From: Prorocentrum cordatum
Lineage: Eukaryota
Assembly: GCA_963575745.1 (NCBI GenBank)
Contig: CAUYUJ010000198.1
Span: forward strand, 1-64,000
Length of the DNA: 64,000 nt
Direction of reading: 5' to 3'
Part shown: in pieces, positions 63,251 through 64,000 of the stretch
Numbering within the stretch: position 1 is the stretch's first letter
Layout of the letters: each line of letters starts with the position of its first letter
The notes under the pieces: generated by a model
What the model saw: only the letters and a program-made list of their open reading frames with translations
Told to the model about the DNA's origin: nothing
Database searches by the model: none
Position numbers and translations under genes: made by a program

Positions 63251-63374
63251 CAGCGAGGCCCTGTGCCATGCACTCCGCCTGGTCCTTCCCCTTCCTCCGC
63301 CTCCTCCTCAGACACAGCATGAGGCCAAGTCGAGCAACTGACAGCAGGCTGAAAACGCGGCTCAAAACCGATCT

Positions 63375-63525
<151 letters not shown>

Positions 63526-64000
63526 GCTCGGGATGCCTCTGGGCTGCCCGACCGAAGTGGCGGTCGGCACCAGGCCGCGCAGAGGCGGGAAGGGGTCTTC
63601 CTCGCTCCCGCCCTCGCCCAGGGACCTCCGCCCCCCCGCCGCCAGGGTGGAAACCTGCTCGAAAGTGAAGGGGCAGGTGCTGAGCCTAGCGCAGCTCACT
63701 GTGCACCCTGGCTGTGGGGAGGCGGACCCGGAACAGCGAAGGTGCCACACAACATAATATAAGGCTGACGTAGAATAGAGGACCCAAGCTTCGCTGTTTA
63801 GGGAAAGAGAACGACGGCCTCGCTCTCTAAACTGATTGGAAGCGCACGTGGCCTAAAGTAGCCCACTCCTTTGCGACAAAATGCCGCGGGTGCGTCCCAG
63901 GTGTGTGCAGCAGCTGCCCCGGGGCAGGGGGGAGATCCTCTTTCTCCTTGTCGATAAAACACGCGCAGCCCAAACGCGCAACGCACGCACTATAATACTC

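Overview
Eukaryotic, GC-rich, repeat-saturated DNA, almost certainly from a dinoflagellate: it has four relics of the dinoflagellate spliced leader (DCCGTAGCCATTTTGGCTCAAG) and introns with GC/GA donors. Most of the ORF track is noise from microsatellites and GC-rich repeats. Real content: (1) a hidden minus-strand LRR gene reconstructed from six 38-91 nt exons spread over 35.5 kb (20012-55500), with no GT donor; (2) a full-length L1/Tx1-like LINE (6568-11489) with an exact 19-bp TSD whose 5' end is a spliced leader; (3) an SL-headed ICL/PEP-mutase-family retrogene (14329-15549) carrying an in-frame hairpin repeat that supplies GT-AG splice sites; (4) two more SL-headed decayed retrocopies, one with a tandem SL relic, and all four SL relics abut GGA-rich tracts; (5) a decayed Ty1/copia-order LTR element, an RNase H-bearing LINE, a LINE 3' fragment, several MITE families, a Helitron-like satellite carrier and many satellites. 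All alignments were made by eye, so boundaries marked ~ are approximate.
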